Positions 25,791 to 37,647 of a stretch of DNA of 64,000 bases are shown here, in pieces. Every line of letters starts with the position of its first letter. Within the stretch, counting starts at the first letter, position 1. Made by a program: the position numbers and the translations under genes. The stretch is from Octopus sinensis (Eukaryota), in the NCBI RefSeq assembly GCF_006345805.1, contig NC_043020.1, forward strand, positions 17,856,001-17,920,000, written 5' to 3'. The notes beneath the pieces were generated by a model. The model was not told the DNA's origin. It saw only the letters and a program-made list of their open reading frames with translations, and did no database searches.

Positions 25791-26399
25791 CGATCTGATA
25801 TAACCACCACCTGGGAAGGGTCAAGTGGGAGCAGGGACAGATCTGTGCTTTGGGCCCTACTGTATTAGGCAAGCGAGCTGGCAGAGTCGTTAGCACGCCG
25901 GGCGAAATGCGTAGCCGTATTTCGTTTGCCGCTACGTTCTGAGTTCAAATTCCGCCGAGGTCGACTTTGCCTTTCATCCTTTCGGGGTCGATAAATTAAG
26001 TACCAGTTACGCACTGGGGTCGATATAATCGACTTAATCCGTTTGTCTGTCCTTGTTTGTCCCTTCTGTGTGTAGCCCCTTGTGGGTAATAAAGAAACAT
26101 GTATTTATTTATTGACAGCAAGCCACAACGTGCATAAATGAGAACTGGACCTCAAGGCCCGTGAGGCCACCGAGCGACTGCCCATTTCCCCCCTTGTTTC
26201 GAGATGGCACTGTATTAAAGTTTGATCTGTGTTGGAAGGGTTAAACATAAAACAAGTAACACACACACACTGCCCGATCAAAGATAGTTAATCTTTCAGT
26301 TTATACCATTTTTCGAAATGGGTTTTTTTTCTTTCTGGAGAAATATACAACATTCTTTTGGTAGTTTCATAATATTCCTCTTTATATCTCCTCTGTCGT

Positions 26400-26640
26400 C
26401 TGGAACTTTCATTACCATCATAATCATCGTCATCAACATCATAATGTTCCTCTTCTTTATCATCGTCATCTTCGTTTCCTTCGTCGTCAGCGTTCTCCCA
26501 TCATCATCATCACCATTGTAATCATTACCACCACCGCCGCCACCATCACCATCATTTTCCATTATCACTACCATCATCATCATCATTATAATTATCATCA
26601 CTACCATTGTTATTGCCACCATCATCATCATCGTGGTGGC
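26400..26640. repeat. (ATC)n/(ACC)n low-complexity tract
   Basis: Imperfect trinucleotide repeats. Confidence 0.85.
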
Positions 26641-26899
26641 GATGGTGTGTGGTAATAGACGTGGTGGTTTGTCGACGTTGTGTTGTTATTTTCGGTATTC
26701 ATACACAAAAATAACCAATCATATTTACTGCAATGTTTTGTGGAGAGGATGAGGTAGAGCAAATAACGACAGCAAGATTCTTGGAAAGGTGAAGGGAAGC
26801 CTGAGTTTTGGACAAAAATAACTTTGAGAAGTGGGCCGTTTTTACACCAAAATAGAATGCAGCCCCCCTACTTCCTCTACCTTCTCTTCTACTAACAGA

Positions 26900-27860
26900 T
26901 ACCTAGACTAGCATATACCCATCTCTCCCTTTTTCTCTCTTTCTTCCTCTAACCCTCTCTGGCACCCTCTCCTTCTCTCTTACTCTAACTATCTATCTAC
27001 TAATTTATCAGTCTATCCATCAAAGTATTTATCTATTTTATCTGCTTTATTTATCTATTCATTTATTTATTAGTTTAACTGTTTCTATCTGTCTATCTTT
27101 CTCTATAGTCCTTTCTTTCTTTTTTTTTCTCTCTATACCAACTCTCTCTCTCTCTCTCTCTCTCTCTATTTATTACTTTTACTCTCTCTTATATTCATTA
27201 CTTTTGTTCTCTCTCTCACCCTCTACCTGTTTCGTTTACTCTCTTACTCGTTTTTCCGAACAAAACTTTACTCTGCCTTCTTTCACTATCTCTCTATCTT
27301 TCACTTTGATCCTCTATCACTATCTCTTTCTCACTTTCACCCTCTTCACCATCTCTCTATCTCTCACATCTTCTTTCACTATCTCTCTATCTCACTTTCC
27401 CCCTCTATCACTATCTCTTTATTTCTCACTTTCACCCTTTTTATTTATCTCTCTATCTCTATCTCTCTTTCACTATCCATGTATCTCTTACTTTCGCCCT
27501 CTATCACTCTCTCATTTTTGTTCTCTTCCTCTTTAAGTTTCATTACATTCATTACTCTATCAATCCTATCTTTTTTTTTTTTTTGCCCTTCCTCCTAAAA
27601 CTTTTTATTCTATCTCTTACTTTTTCTCCTTCTTTTATTTCATATACCCCTTTCTATACTCATTACTCTGTCTATCCTCTCTACGCCAGTTTCATACTTT
27701 TTTTCTCTACTCTATCCACTCCGGTCTCCCACCTCGAAGTCTTAGATACCTTGTATTCGTTACTCTATCTAGTCGCCTCTCCTTCCCAGTCGTGTTCCTC
27801 TATCTATTCTCAAATAACCCTCCTCTGTTACACTCTGTCTGCCAGTTAACTACCATCTGT
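26900..27860. repeat. ~1-kb polypyrimidine (CT-rich) tract upstream of the Ras-like exon
   Basis: (CT)n, (CTAT)n and recurring CACTATCTCT(CT)ATCTCTCACTT units; very few G on the + strand. Confidence 0.85.
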
Positions 27861-28324
27861 CAGTCATAATTTCTTCTTACTACATAGTTCCTAGGTAACT
27901 CAGTATCATCCAATCTCCATAAAATATACACATTCGTTAGTAGTTTAACAACAACAACAAGAAGTTTGTTCTTGTTTTGTATTTTTGTAGATTTGTTTTT
28001 AAATTTTACTTTACTATATGGTCAACGGAAGATTACTTTCAGATAATTTTAACAACTGGATTACCTGTTCCAAACACTGACTGACAGACCTGCAGATAAA
28101 CAGACAGCCAAACTACCACCAACCCCGTCATTATACACGCACAACACATATATTCACGCTTATAAACACCCGCATCCGCCCCCTCTCTCTATCTGCTTAA
28201 ACACAGACAATAAGTACTTAAGAAAAAGAACGGGAGAGAAAGAAGCAAAAAAGACAATTGGCAGGGTTTCTTTACTTCTATGACTGATCAAAGAATTCGG
28301 TAAGTCGCTGTTTTTGCGCAGGCT

Positions 28325-28463
28325 ATGAACAGCTCTGGGACAACTATCCAAGAAGCCGGACCTGTAGCAGGGGCCACACTCAGACCCTATCTGAAAAGGA
28401 AGAAATCATCTTTAGGTGAAACCAAAGTAGCTGTAGTCGGGGCAGAAGGTGTCGGCAAAAGTG
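28325..28463 (+). CDS. First coding exon of a Ras-family small GTPase (RERG/RASL11/RASL12-like); remaining exons not found in window
   Basis: Hand translation from ATG 28325: MNSSGTTIQEAGPVAGATLRPYLKRKKSSLGETKVAVVGAEGVGKS(A). It contains the beta1 strand KVAVVG and the G1/P-loop GxxGVGKS, and ends at a strong donor G|GTGAGT (28464, phase 1). KRKKSSLGExKVAV resembles, from memory, invertebrate RERG-like proteins. It is too short for the ORF track. Confidence 0.88.
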
Positions 28464-30062
28464 GTGAGTATGAAGTTTAAACTTACATACAAACCAAACT
28501 TGAAAAAAAAAAAGATTTTAAAAATAATAATAAATAAATATAAACCTCTCGTCTTTGAAGATTCATGTTGGGCTGGTTTGAAAACCAAAACGAAGTTAAG
28601 GAAGAAAATAGGTAAAAATAATGGTGTTGTTTCTCGGTGGAGGGGTAGTCGTTACATTTAGAATTCCAAACTTCTACATGTATAGAGAGAGATAATATAT
28701 ACGGCTCATTAAAAAAATATCTTTTTCTAAGTAAATCCTCGCGAGTTTCTTATATATACACACACACACATCTTTTTCGATTTCTTTGTATAAATATCGT
28801 TATGTGAAACATTAAACAAACAAACAAAAAATGTTTGCGTTCTGAAACTTATTAACTACTCAGGGAACGTTCAGTTTCGTCAAGATTTCGAAGTAACACG
28901 CATCGTTGTTATTTCTTGTGCTGTCTGTGTGGTGGTGTGGTGTATAATATGAATGTTTGTTGGACTCCCCCACCGTTCCGTCCTCTTTCATCCTCAAAAT
29001 TCACGTTAATCTGTGGGAAGTTAAGTTAGAGAAGTTCTTCAAAGCGCACACTATTTTTCTCTCTCCCTTCCATTTTTGGGACGACACGGTCGGATTTAAT
29101 GGTTACATTACTCCAACCACGATTCATTCCAAAGTTTGGTCCCTCCCAGTAGTAGAAATTAAACTACATTCGATGGAAATGCCTTTACTTTTTTTTCTCT
29201 TTAATGCTTTAATACAGATTGTATTTGATTGTGGCTGTGGATTGGTCAAGCTACGTTGTACCTACCTATTTAATTAAAATAGCGGCTTGCCAAATCTATC
29301 CAATTTAACTAACTGCAAGTCTTTTATTGCATTCATTGAATGAGATGCTTCGTTGTAAATCGTTTTAATGTTAGCTACAATGGGAGATTTTTTTCCCTCC
29401 CTCCTGTAACGAAAATAAATACCACTCAGTATGTGAATGTTTGTGCCAAATACTCGAAACGAAAGAAAGAACGAAATCAACAACAATTATTTCTCACACT
29501 GGCTCAAGGCCAATAATTTTGCGGTAGATGGGGCACATAGGTAATTGAATCGACTATATTACTGGTACTTGTTTTCTCGACGCTGGGAAAAATGAAGACA
29601 TTATTTACGCTGGCGAGGTTTAGGATGTAAAGAGATGGAGTAAAATAAAGTAATTATTTAGTTCCGTTATGACAACGATTTTTAATTTTACCTCAAAGCC
29701 ACATACATTAGGTGAAGCGTATAATCGAATGAATGAACTACAGTCTGATGAGAATCCCATTTTATCGACCCTAAATGGGTAAAAAAGTAAAGTTTATCTC
29801 ATCTGGCCTGTTATTTGAACTTGAAATAAAAAAAAGAAAGAAAATATACATGGGTTTATTATCAAACGCTAAAAGATATTTTCGTACAGCGCTCTACCAA
29901 CTCTGCCATTAAACACTCTTACAACCACAATAATTATGATGATTATCTCTAACATGGGCACTAATCCATATCTTGGGGAAAGTTACTAACTTTTAAGTCA
30001 ACGTTGGTACTCACAAAGTTGACCCAGAAAGATTTGAACTCAGAATATAGTGATATAAACTA

Positions 30063-30391
30063 ATAAAGACCCCCTTCAGTCATGAATGACGATGGGATTG
30101 CACCTGGAAAGTTACCCTCCGAGGTACAAATCTGGGCAAGGTTGTTTATGAAAGACCAGCAGTTGCCCATGCATACCACCCTGCCCATTCCATGCCACCG
30201 ATGTTATCCAAGAGAAAGGCAAAGGGGCCGATACAGCTTGACCCCAGTGATGTCGCGACTCATTTCTACAGATGAGGGAACTGCAGCAACTGGCACAACG
30301 TGAAATAAAACAACTTGCTCAATAACGGAAATTGAACTCACTATCTCGTGATTATGAGCCTGACACTCTAACCACTGAGCCATGTGCCTCT
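30063..30391 (-). mobile_element. tRNA-derived SINE, head type E with tail type Z
   Basis: Minus strand GAGGCACATGGCTCAGTGGTTAGAGTGTC head shared with 53803-54040; the 3' body is distinct. Confidence 0.7.
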
Positions 30392-30567
30392 CTACTAAAG
30401 GCACAAGGCCTGAAATTTTGTGGGAGGGGACTAGTTGATTACATCAACCCCAGTGTTTATTGACTCTGAAAGGTTGAAAAGCAAAGTTGACCCAACAGAA
30501 TTTGAACTCAGAACATAGCAACAGACAAAATACCACAAAGTATTTTGCCAAGCGTGCTAATAATCCT

Positions 30568-30875
30568 CGTCATCATCCTCGTTTAACGTCCGCTTTCCAT
30601 GCTAGCATGGGTTGGACGGTTCAACTGGGGTCTGGGAAGCCAGAAGGCTGCACCAAGCCCAGTCTGATCTGGCAGTGTTTCTACAGCTGGATGCCCTTCC
30701 TAACGCCAACCACTCCGCGAGTGTAGTGGGTGTTTTTTACGTGCCACCGGCACAGGTGCCAGATGAGGCTGGCAACGGCCACAATCGGATGGTGCTTTTT
30801 ACGTGCCACCGGCACGGAGGCCAGGCGAGGCTGGCAAACGGCCATGAACGGATGGTGCTTTTTACGTGCCACCGA
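30568..30875 (-). mobile_element. RTE 3'-UTR-derived repeat (family C) with internal ~45-bp minisatellite and (GAT)n tail; other copies 7981-8177, 10935-11050, 11365-11590, 32705-32905, 48495-48780, 50800-51330, 60330-60450, 62900-63100
   Basis: Shared GGCGTTAGGAAGGGCATCCAGCTGTAGAAAC...GACGTTAAACGATGATGAT. At 57095-57830 the same sequence is contiguous with RTE ORF2 coding remnants. Confidence 0.85.
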
Positions 30876-31327
30876 ATAATAATAATAATGATAATAATAT
30901 AAAATAATTATTATTATAATGATAGTGGAGGCACATGTCTTAGTGGTTAGGGTATTGGATCCATGATCGTAAGATTGGGGTTTCGATTCCTGGACTGGGC
31001 AATGCATTGTGTTCTGGTGTAAAACACTTCTTTTCATGCTGTTCCAGTCCCCTCTGCTGGCAAACATGAGTAATCTTGCGAATAACTGGGGAACCAGCCC
31101 TATGCTCCTTACAGAGTAATGTGGACTAACCAGGTATGATGCCAGCAATTTTGAAGGGAGGAAGTTTAGTTGATACCATGGGCACCTATATTTAGTATTT
31201 ACCCCCTGATAGATAAATAACAAAGTTAACCTCAAAGGAATTGAACTCAGACTGTTACAGCACTGTTACTCAATGTTGCAAAGTATTTTGGTTGTTGTTC
31301 TAATCATTCTACTAATCCATTGATTAA

Positions 31328-31546
31328 CCCTTTAGTATTTAAACCGGCCATATCCAGCCAAAATAGCTAATCTGTTTTATGTTCAAACTGACCAGATCCA
31401 GGCTCTCACACCTACCCTACAATGTTATTCTACATTAAGTAATTACACCATCAAGATCTTGAAGTTATGAGATAATGCATGATTAATTCAAATCAATGGG
31501 AATCAATAGGCATTATGTTTGATAGAATAATCTGAACACTAAAGGG
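31328..31546. mobile_element. piggyBac-type MITE family 1 (also 41768-42308, interrupted by a SINE, and 52742-52953)
   Basis: TTAA|CCCTTTAG...CTAAAGGG|TTAA termini; three related copies. Confidence 0.88.
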
Positions 31547-33139
31547 TTAAATCAATTCTTGTACTTAACTGGTACTTTATCTACTCAAACTTGGAAGGAT
31601 AAAAGGTAAATTTGATTTCAATGAGAACTGAACTTGAAACTTGAAATCCCAAAACAAACAGCCAGAGACATTTTGTCCAATTCCTTTACTAATTCTGACA
31701 ATCCACTCCCCTAAATAATAATGCTTATTTCTTAGGCACAAGGCTACAAATTTTGGGATATAGTGTTGACTAATTCAACTCCAGTTTTTGACTGGTACTT
31801 TATTTTTTGATCATAAAAGCTCAGCTGACCTTGGCAGTATTTGAACTCAAAATGTAAAGTGGGGAATAAATGCTACAAGGCAGTTAGTCCTGTCTACCAC
31901 TTCTAGTCTGCTGCTCTAAATAATGATAGACCCCAGTTGAACCGTCCAACCCATGCTAGCATGGAAAACGGATGCTAAACGATGATGATGATGATGATGA
32001 TGATTTCAAATTTTGGCACAAGGCCAGCAATTTTGAAGGAGGGAGTACGTCAATTACATCAACCCTAGTACCTAACTGGTACTTATTTTATCAACCCTGA
32101 AAGGATGAAAGGCAAAGTTGACCTCAGCAAAATTTGAACTTAGAACATAAAGATGGACAAAATATTTGACATGTTAACAATTCTTCTAGCTTGCTGCCTT
32201 AATAATAATAATTGTTTCTGCTAAAGGTACAAGGCCCTGAAATTTGTGGGGAGGAGACTAATCAATTACATCGACCCCAGTGGTACTTAATTTATTGACT
32301 GCGAAAGGATGAAAGGCCAAGTCGACCTCAGCAGAATTTGAACTCAGAACACGAAGACAGATGAAATGCCACTAAACATTTTACCTGGCATGCTAACGAT
32401 TCTGCCAGCTCACTACCTTGATAATAATCATCATCATCCTTTCCACTATAGGCGCACAGCCTGAAATTTTGGGGAGAGGGAAAGTTGATACAGTGACCCC
32501 AAGTACTCATCTGGTACTTATTTTATCAACCCCATAAGAATGAAAGGCAGTGTTGATCTTGGTGTAATTTGAACTCAGAACATAAAGAATCAGAAGAAAT
32601 GCTGCTAAGCATTTTGTCTGATGCACCAACTGTTTAGCTAGCTTTGCGTTTGGGACAAAAGCCGGTAACATTATAATACGGTTTAAAGGATATATTAGGT
32701 ATACATCATCATCGTTTAACGTCCGTTCTCCATGCTAGCATGGATTGGATGGTTCGACCGGGGATCTGGGAAGCCAGAAGGCTGCACCAGGCTCCAGTCT
32801 GATCTGGCAGTGTTTCTACAGTTGGATGCCCTTCCTAATGCCAACCACTCCGTGAGTGTAGTGGGTGCTTTTTATGTGCCACGAGCACAGGTGCCAGGTG
32901 AGGCACTGTTATTAAAAAGAAGAAAAGTAGGGAACAAGAACTTATGATAGATATAAAAACAAAACTATTTAATATAAATATAACCAGGAAGATGATAATC
33001 ATCATCTTTTTACATCTGGTTTACCATACCTGCATGGGTTAGACAGTTCCTTTCTAACACAGCATCTTACATCTTACCATTTGTTTTCATTACATTCCTT
33101 TGTCATCTCCCTTCAGGAAAATCTTGTTAAACCTCCTAG

Positions 33140-33290
33140 CTAATGAACAGATGGGGTTGCTGTCCTCTCGACAAATATGCTGCTGTAGGTGCCACTGGAT
33201 GATGGACTCTGGTGATGTTATTCCATGCTTTCCAATCCATGGCTCTGGCTTTAGCATCCTTGAGGACAAGGCACTGTAACTTCAGTCTTA
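33140..33290 (-). mobile_element. RTE-like LINE 3' fragment
   Basis: LKDAKARAMDWKAWNNI on the minus strand. Confidence 0.5.
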
Positions 33291-33630
33291 CTCGGTTTGT
33301 TTTGCCTGTGCCTTCTTTGGTGTCCTGCACTGGATTCTCCAGTGCATCGGTTGCTGCTCTTTCAGAATTTGATGTGGTCGTCTTCCAGTGCTCACCCTGC
33401 AGTCATAGCCAAACCACTCTCTCTTTCTCTTTTCTCTTTTACTTGTTTCAGTCAGTTGACTGTGGCCATGCTGGAGCACCGCCTTTAGTCGAGCAACTCG
33501 ACTCCGGGACTTATTCTTTGTAATCCAAGTACTTATTCTATTGGTCTCTTTTGCTGAACCGCTAAGTAACGGGGACATAAACACACCAGCATCAGTTGTC
33601 AAGCAATGCTAGGGGGACAAACACAAACAT

Positions 33631-33663
<33 letters not shown>

Positions 33664-33849
33664 CATATATACGACAGGCTTCTTTCAGTCTCCGTCTACC
33701 AAATCCACTCACAAGGCTTTGGTCGGCCCGAGGCTATAGTAGAAGACACTTGCCCAAGGTGCCACGCAGTGGGACTGAACTCGGAACCATGTGGTTAGTA
33801 AGCAAGCTACTTACCACACAGCCACTCCTGCGCCTGTAGCCTGCACTAC

Positions 33850-34130
33850 CAGACTTGGTCTTCAATGGTTGGCTGCTGCTGCTGGTATTGTTTTCAGATG
33901 TTTGTGCAGTCGCTGGATGGGCACTTCAGGAAACTAAACATGCTGAGATCAGTTTTCCTCTCTTCTTTCCTTGTCTTCTTTGGTTTTCCTCTCACAAAGC
34001 TTTCTTCAGCTTGGATCTCTTGGCACTTCTTTATCCAGCTGTTATCATCCATACACATTACATGCCTGTACTTGTGCAGTTGTTTCTCTTGCACACAACA
34101 TTTGATTCCTCTTATCTCTCAGCTCATGTA
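33850..34130 (-). mobile_element. RTE LINE 3' fragment
   Basis: HVMCMDDNSWIKKCQEI...RGKPKKT on the minus strand. Confidence 0.7.
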
Positions 34131-35399
34131 TAGATAACTATGTATATAAACATAAATGAATAAATATAAATGCAACTATTAAGAGGAGCCCACCCACATA
34201 CACGTCATGACTGTCTGCATCTACTCCTTGTGCTAAAATAGGGCACATCCAGAAACATCCGTGAGATTTTTGGGGATTGGCTGAGCTAAGAAGGGCCCTC
34301 AGTTGAGCCATGAAAGGCTGCGTTCTCTGGGGTATAATCCCTCAAACATAGAACACTAATGTGGTCTTAATGAAAAGTATGTTCCCTTTTAGGAAGCGTG
34401 ATACTGGCCCCTTTTACCTTGCCTTGAACTCTCAATTCCTGATGGAGTTGTAAGGACACAATCATGACACACAACATCTCGAGCAGTTTGTCTTTACCTT
34501 CTTCACAGTCCATCCTTCTTCACAGATGATTTCTCCTTGAAAGTGAGAGGAAGAGGGACCCCTCCCCTTAGTGCTGGACTGGTAGTTTATCAACTTTGAA
34601 AGAAATAAAAGCAAAGTAAACCTCAGTGCTGTGCAGAGGAATGGAACAAATATTGAAAGGCCTTCTCTCTATACCTCTTAAAATCTTAGTGATCCCATAA
34701 CCAGTGAACATATTGTTTTGTTACCTTGCAGGTTATACAGTAAGTTACTATATAACCTGCAAGGTAACTATTGTTACTATTCTGAACCACCATGAAGTCA
34801 AGGAATCAATTTGTCTTTTTGCATTTTTTATTTGGGTTCCTATGTTTTCCTAGTGTTTTTTTTTTCCTCCTAGTCTTCTCTGACTGTTTGCCATACTTCT
34901 CACTTCGTGATATTCTTTTTCTCAGCTCTTGGAACTGAGGGTGAGATAATCTCTTCAATTACAACAGGCCACACTGTATTAATGGTCTGCTGTTGCACAG
35001 TTACCTTTATTTTCTTCTGCCCCCCCCCCCCTTTTTTTTTACCTCTGAGCAAAAGCCTGTCAAATAGACTTGCATGTAAAACTCAGGTTTTCTACCTTCT
35101 GTCACCAATCTCATGGCTTTTCTTTCTGCTACCTTGACAAAGCGCAGCTCTGGAATGGTTCTGTGCTCACAGAGTCATTAGACTTAAATTGAAACCCCCA
35201 TCCAATCACATGTTTTTCTTGTCACCTCAGCATTTATCACCACCTCATACTATGTTACAAAAGTGTTTATGCTTCCCCATACATTATGGCACAAGCTTCT
35301 GAACATGTGTATAATTCACCATCTTGGTCTACTTTTTGGCTCCATCCTCAGTTTTGAATAGAGATTTTCCATAGGCTCTTTCTCAGTCAATGTCATATA

Positions 35400-36560
35400 T
35401 TGGTTCATCCCATAAAGAATGCATTTTTTTCATACTTCTTTTATTTTTCAAAATTAAGATAAACCAAGTTCTTTTCTAATCTAAAATATACTCCCCTTCA
35501 TTTTCTACAATGCTCTTCCATCTATCTGGTAGACTTTCAAGGCCCTCTTCCAAAATTCACTTGCCCATGATGAAAAGTACTTCCACAGTACTGTTCTGAC
35601 CTCATCTACAGAATACATGTTTTTTCCATCCAAATCATTTTGAAGACTGCAGAATAAATGATAATCAGATGGGGCAATGTCCGGCAAATATGGTGGGTGG
35701 GCCATCATTTCCCATTCAAATTGTTCCAGCCTTTGGAATGTCATCCTCACTGTATGTGGCCAAGCATTATCCTGATGGAAGATCAACTTTCATCTTGAAA
35801 CCAAAGATGGTCGTTTTCTTCTAGTACTGACTTAAGCAACTCAAGCTGCTTGCAGTACATCTCCTTTCTCATTTGGTTTGGGTTTGAAAGTTCAAGGTGG
35901 ACTAAACCTTTCATTTTCCACCAAACAGATAAGAATACCTTACATGGATGAAAACCTTCTTTAGCCTAGGATGATGGTGTTTCTCCTTTCCCTACCTACT
36001 GTCTTCAGTGCTTGACATTTTTACAGAGAACTCATTTCTCATCACCTGTCAGTATTTGGTCCAAAAAAGGTTCCTTCGTAAAATGTGACGGCAAAGAAGA
36101 GCACACATTCACTCTCTGTGTGTGATTAGACTTCGAAAATTTGTGAAGAACCCAATTTTCTGACTTTTTCGATGGCACACAGGTGTCAATGAATAGTTGA
36201 TTGACCAAATCCAAGCTTCTCTGCTAGATCCTCAACAGTTACGATGGGATTTTGTTCCACCAGGGTTTGCAGGACATCCTCATCAAGCTCTACATATCTT
36301 CCAGGATGAGGCTCATCTTCTAGGCTGTAGTTTCTGGCTCAGAATTTCTGGAACCACTGTTGACACTGGCTTATGCTTGTTGTCCAATCCCCATATACTG
36401 CTTTAATATTCCTCACACTTTCCATTCCGTTGTTGCCTTTATTGAACTCATAAAGCAAAATATTCTAAATATGCTCCTCTGTCACTTCCATTATAGTTTT
36501 GAAAAAATAACTGTTAAAATCAAACTGCACTCTTCAAAACTTGCACTAAGTATAAGTATT
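35400..36560 (-). mobile_element. Near full-length decayed mariner (DD34D)
   Basis: Start MEVTEEHI (ATG at 36491), then QWFQKF, FLDQILTGDEK, FHQDNAWPH, HPPYLPDIAPSDYHLF; multiple stops and frameshifts. Confidence 0.9.
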
Positions 36561-36824
36561 TTTCTCAGGTGCCTTACTGAGTCTGCCAATAATGATAATA
36601 ATGGTTTCAAATTTTGGCACATGGCCAGCAAGTCTGGGAGAGGAGCTAAGTCGATTATATCAACCCCAGTGTTCAACTGGTACTTATTTTATCAACTTCG
36701 AAAGGATGAAAGGCAAAGTGGTCCCTGCAGAATTTGAACTCAGAACATAAAGACAGATGAAATGCTGTTAAGCATTTTGCCTGGCATGCTAATGATTCTG
36801 CCAGCTTGCCACTTGATGATGATG

Positions 36825-36856
<32 letters not shown>

Positions 36857-36862
36857 TAATAA

Positions 36863-37403
36863 ATGTCCTGATGCAATATCAGGCAGTGGCTCTCATAGCT
36901 TCTGATCTTAACTGATTGGAAGTGTTATCATGTACATTGTTATGTCTTGGTATAAAAAAGATGGGCTACAGCAAATATTCTGCTCAATGCCACAGATTTG
37001 CTTGTCAGTTGTTTGACCATTACCAATTGAGCATGTACCTTAGTGGCTGATGATATGTGCATCTCTGACCACGAGCAGAAGTAGTGGGGGAGCATCATAG
37101 CCGTGTGTTGAAAGGAATTCTTTGGAGCTTGAATAATTCACCTTTGGAAACATGGGTGGTTCGTTCAACATCCCTAAACAATCCTTATTCAGGGACCTTT
37201 TGTGTGGGAAGAAAATCCTAACTGGGCCCCACCTGCAAGGTCAAGCACTGTTTATCTTGATATGAGATCACCATGTCGTGCACACATGGTTGTGATGCAT
37301 GTGCCTGGTGTACCCTTATCAGACGGGTAGTTACGATGGGTATACTGGGCTTCGTATATTTTACCCCAATGTCACTATGAGGGCATGCACTGCTCTCTCA
37401 CTC
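36863..37403 (+). repeat. Unclassified ~540-bp segment bounded by (AAT)n on both sides, possibly a LINE 3' UTR
   Basis: Sharp (AAT)n boundaries. There is no second copy in the window, so repeat status is inferred. Confidence 0.35.
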
Positions 37404-37415
37404 AATAATAATAAT

Positions 37416-37614
37416 AAGAGCGCTCAGAGAATGCAAACCTCTGCCAAGGCAACTGGATTGACCCCAAAATCTAAACAGTTCGTGCCAGTCATGAGGCTAA
37501 ACATCCCTGAAAGTTTCATCTGAATCCATCCAACGGTTCTTGAGATATCTTATCCACAAGCAAACAAACAAACAAACACAACTGAAAAAATACCTCCACC
37601 TTCACTAAGGCAGA

Positions 37615-37620
<6 letters not shown>
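37416..37620 (-). mobile_element. Helentron-associated non-autonomous element (HINE/DINE-1-like)
   Basis: Minus strand ATTACCTCTGCC...GGTGGAGGT at one end and CCTTGGCAGAGGTTTGCATTCTCTGAGCGCTCTT at the other (subterminal IRs). Internal (GTTT)n and a T-rich target. Confidence 0.75.

Positions 37621-37639
<19 letters not shown>

Positions 37640-37647
<8 letters not shown>

Noticed and set aside
26220-26290. TCF/LEF-like GATCAAAG motifs (also 28287) as regulatory sites
   Set aside because: Short motifs are expected by chance in 64 kb of AT-rich DNA, and no conservation data are available.
26296-26631. 111-aa Met/Asp/Gly-rich ORF on the minus strand
   Set aside because: Translation of an (ATC)n/(ACC)n low-complexity tract.
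29745-29790. CTGATGA as another hammerhead core
   Set aside because: No stem II closed by GAAA and no stem I/III pairing downstream.
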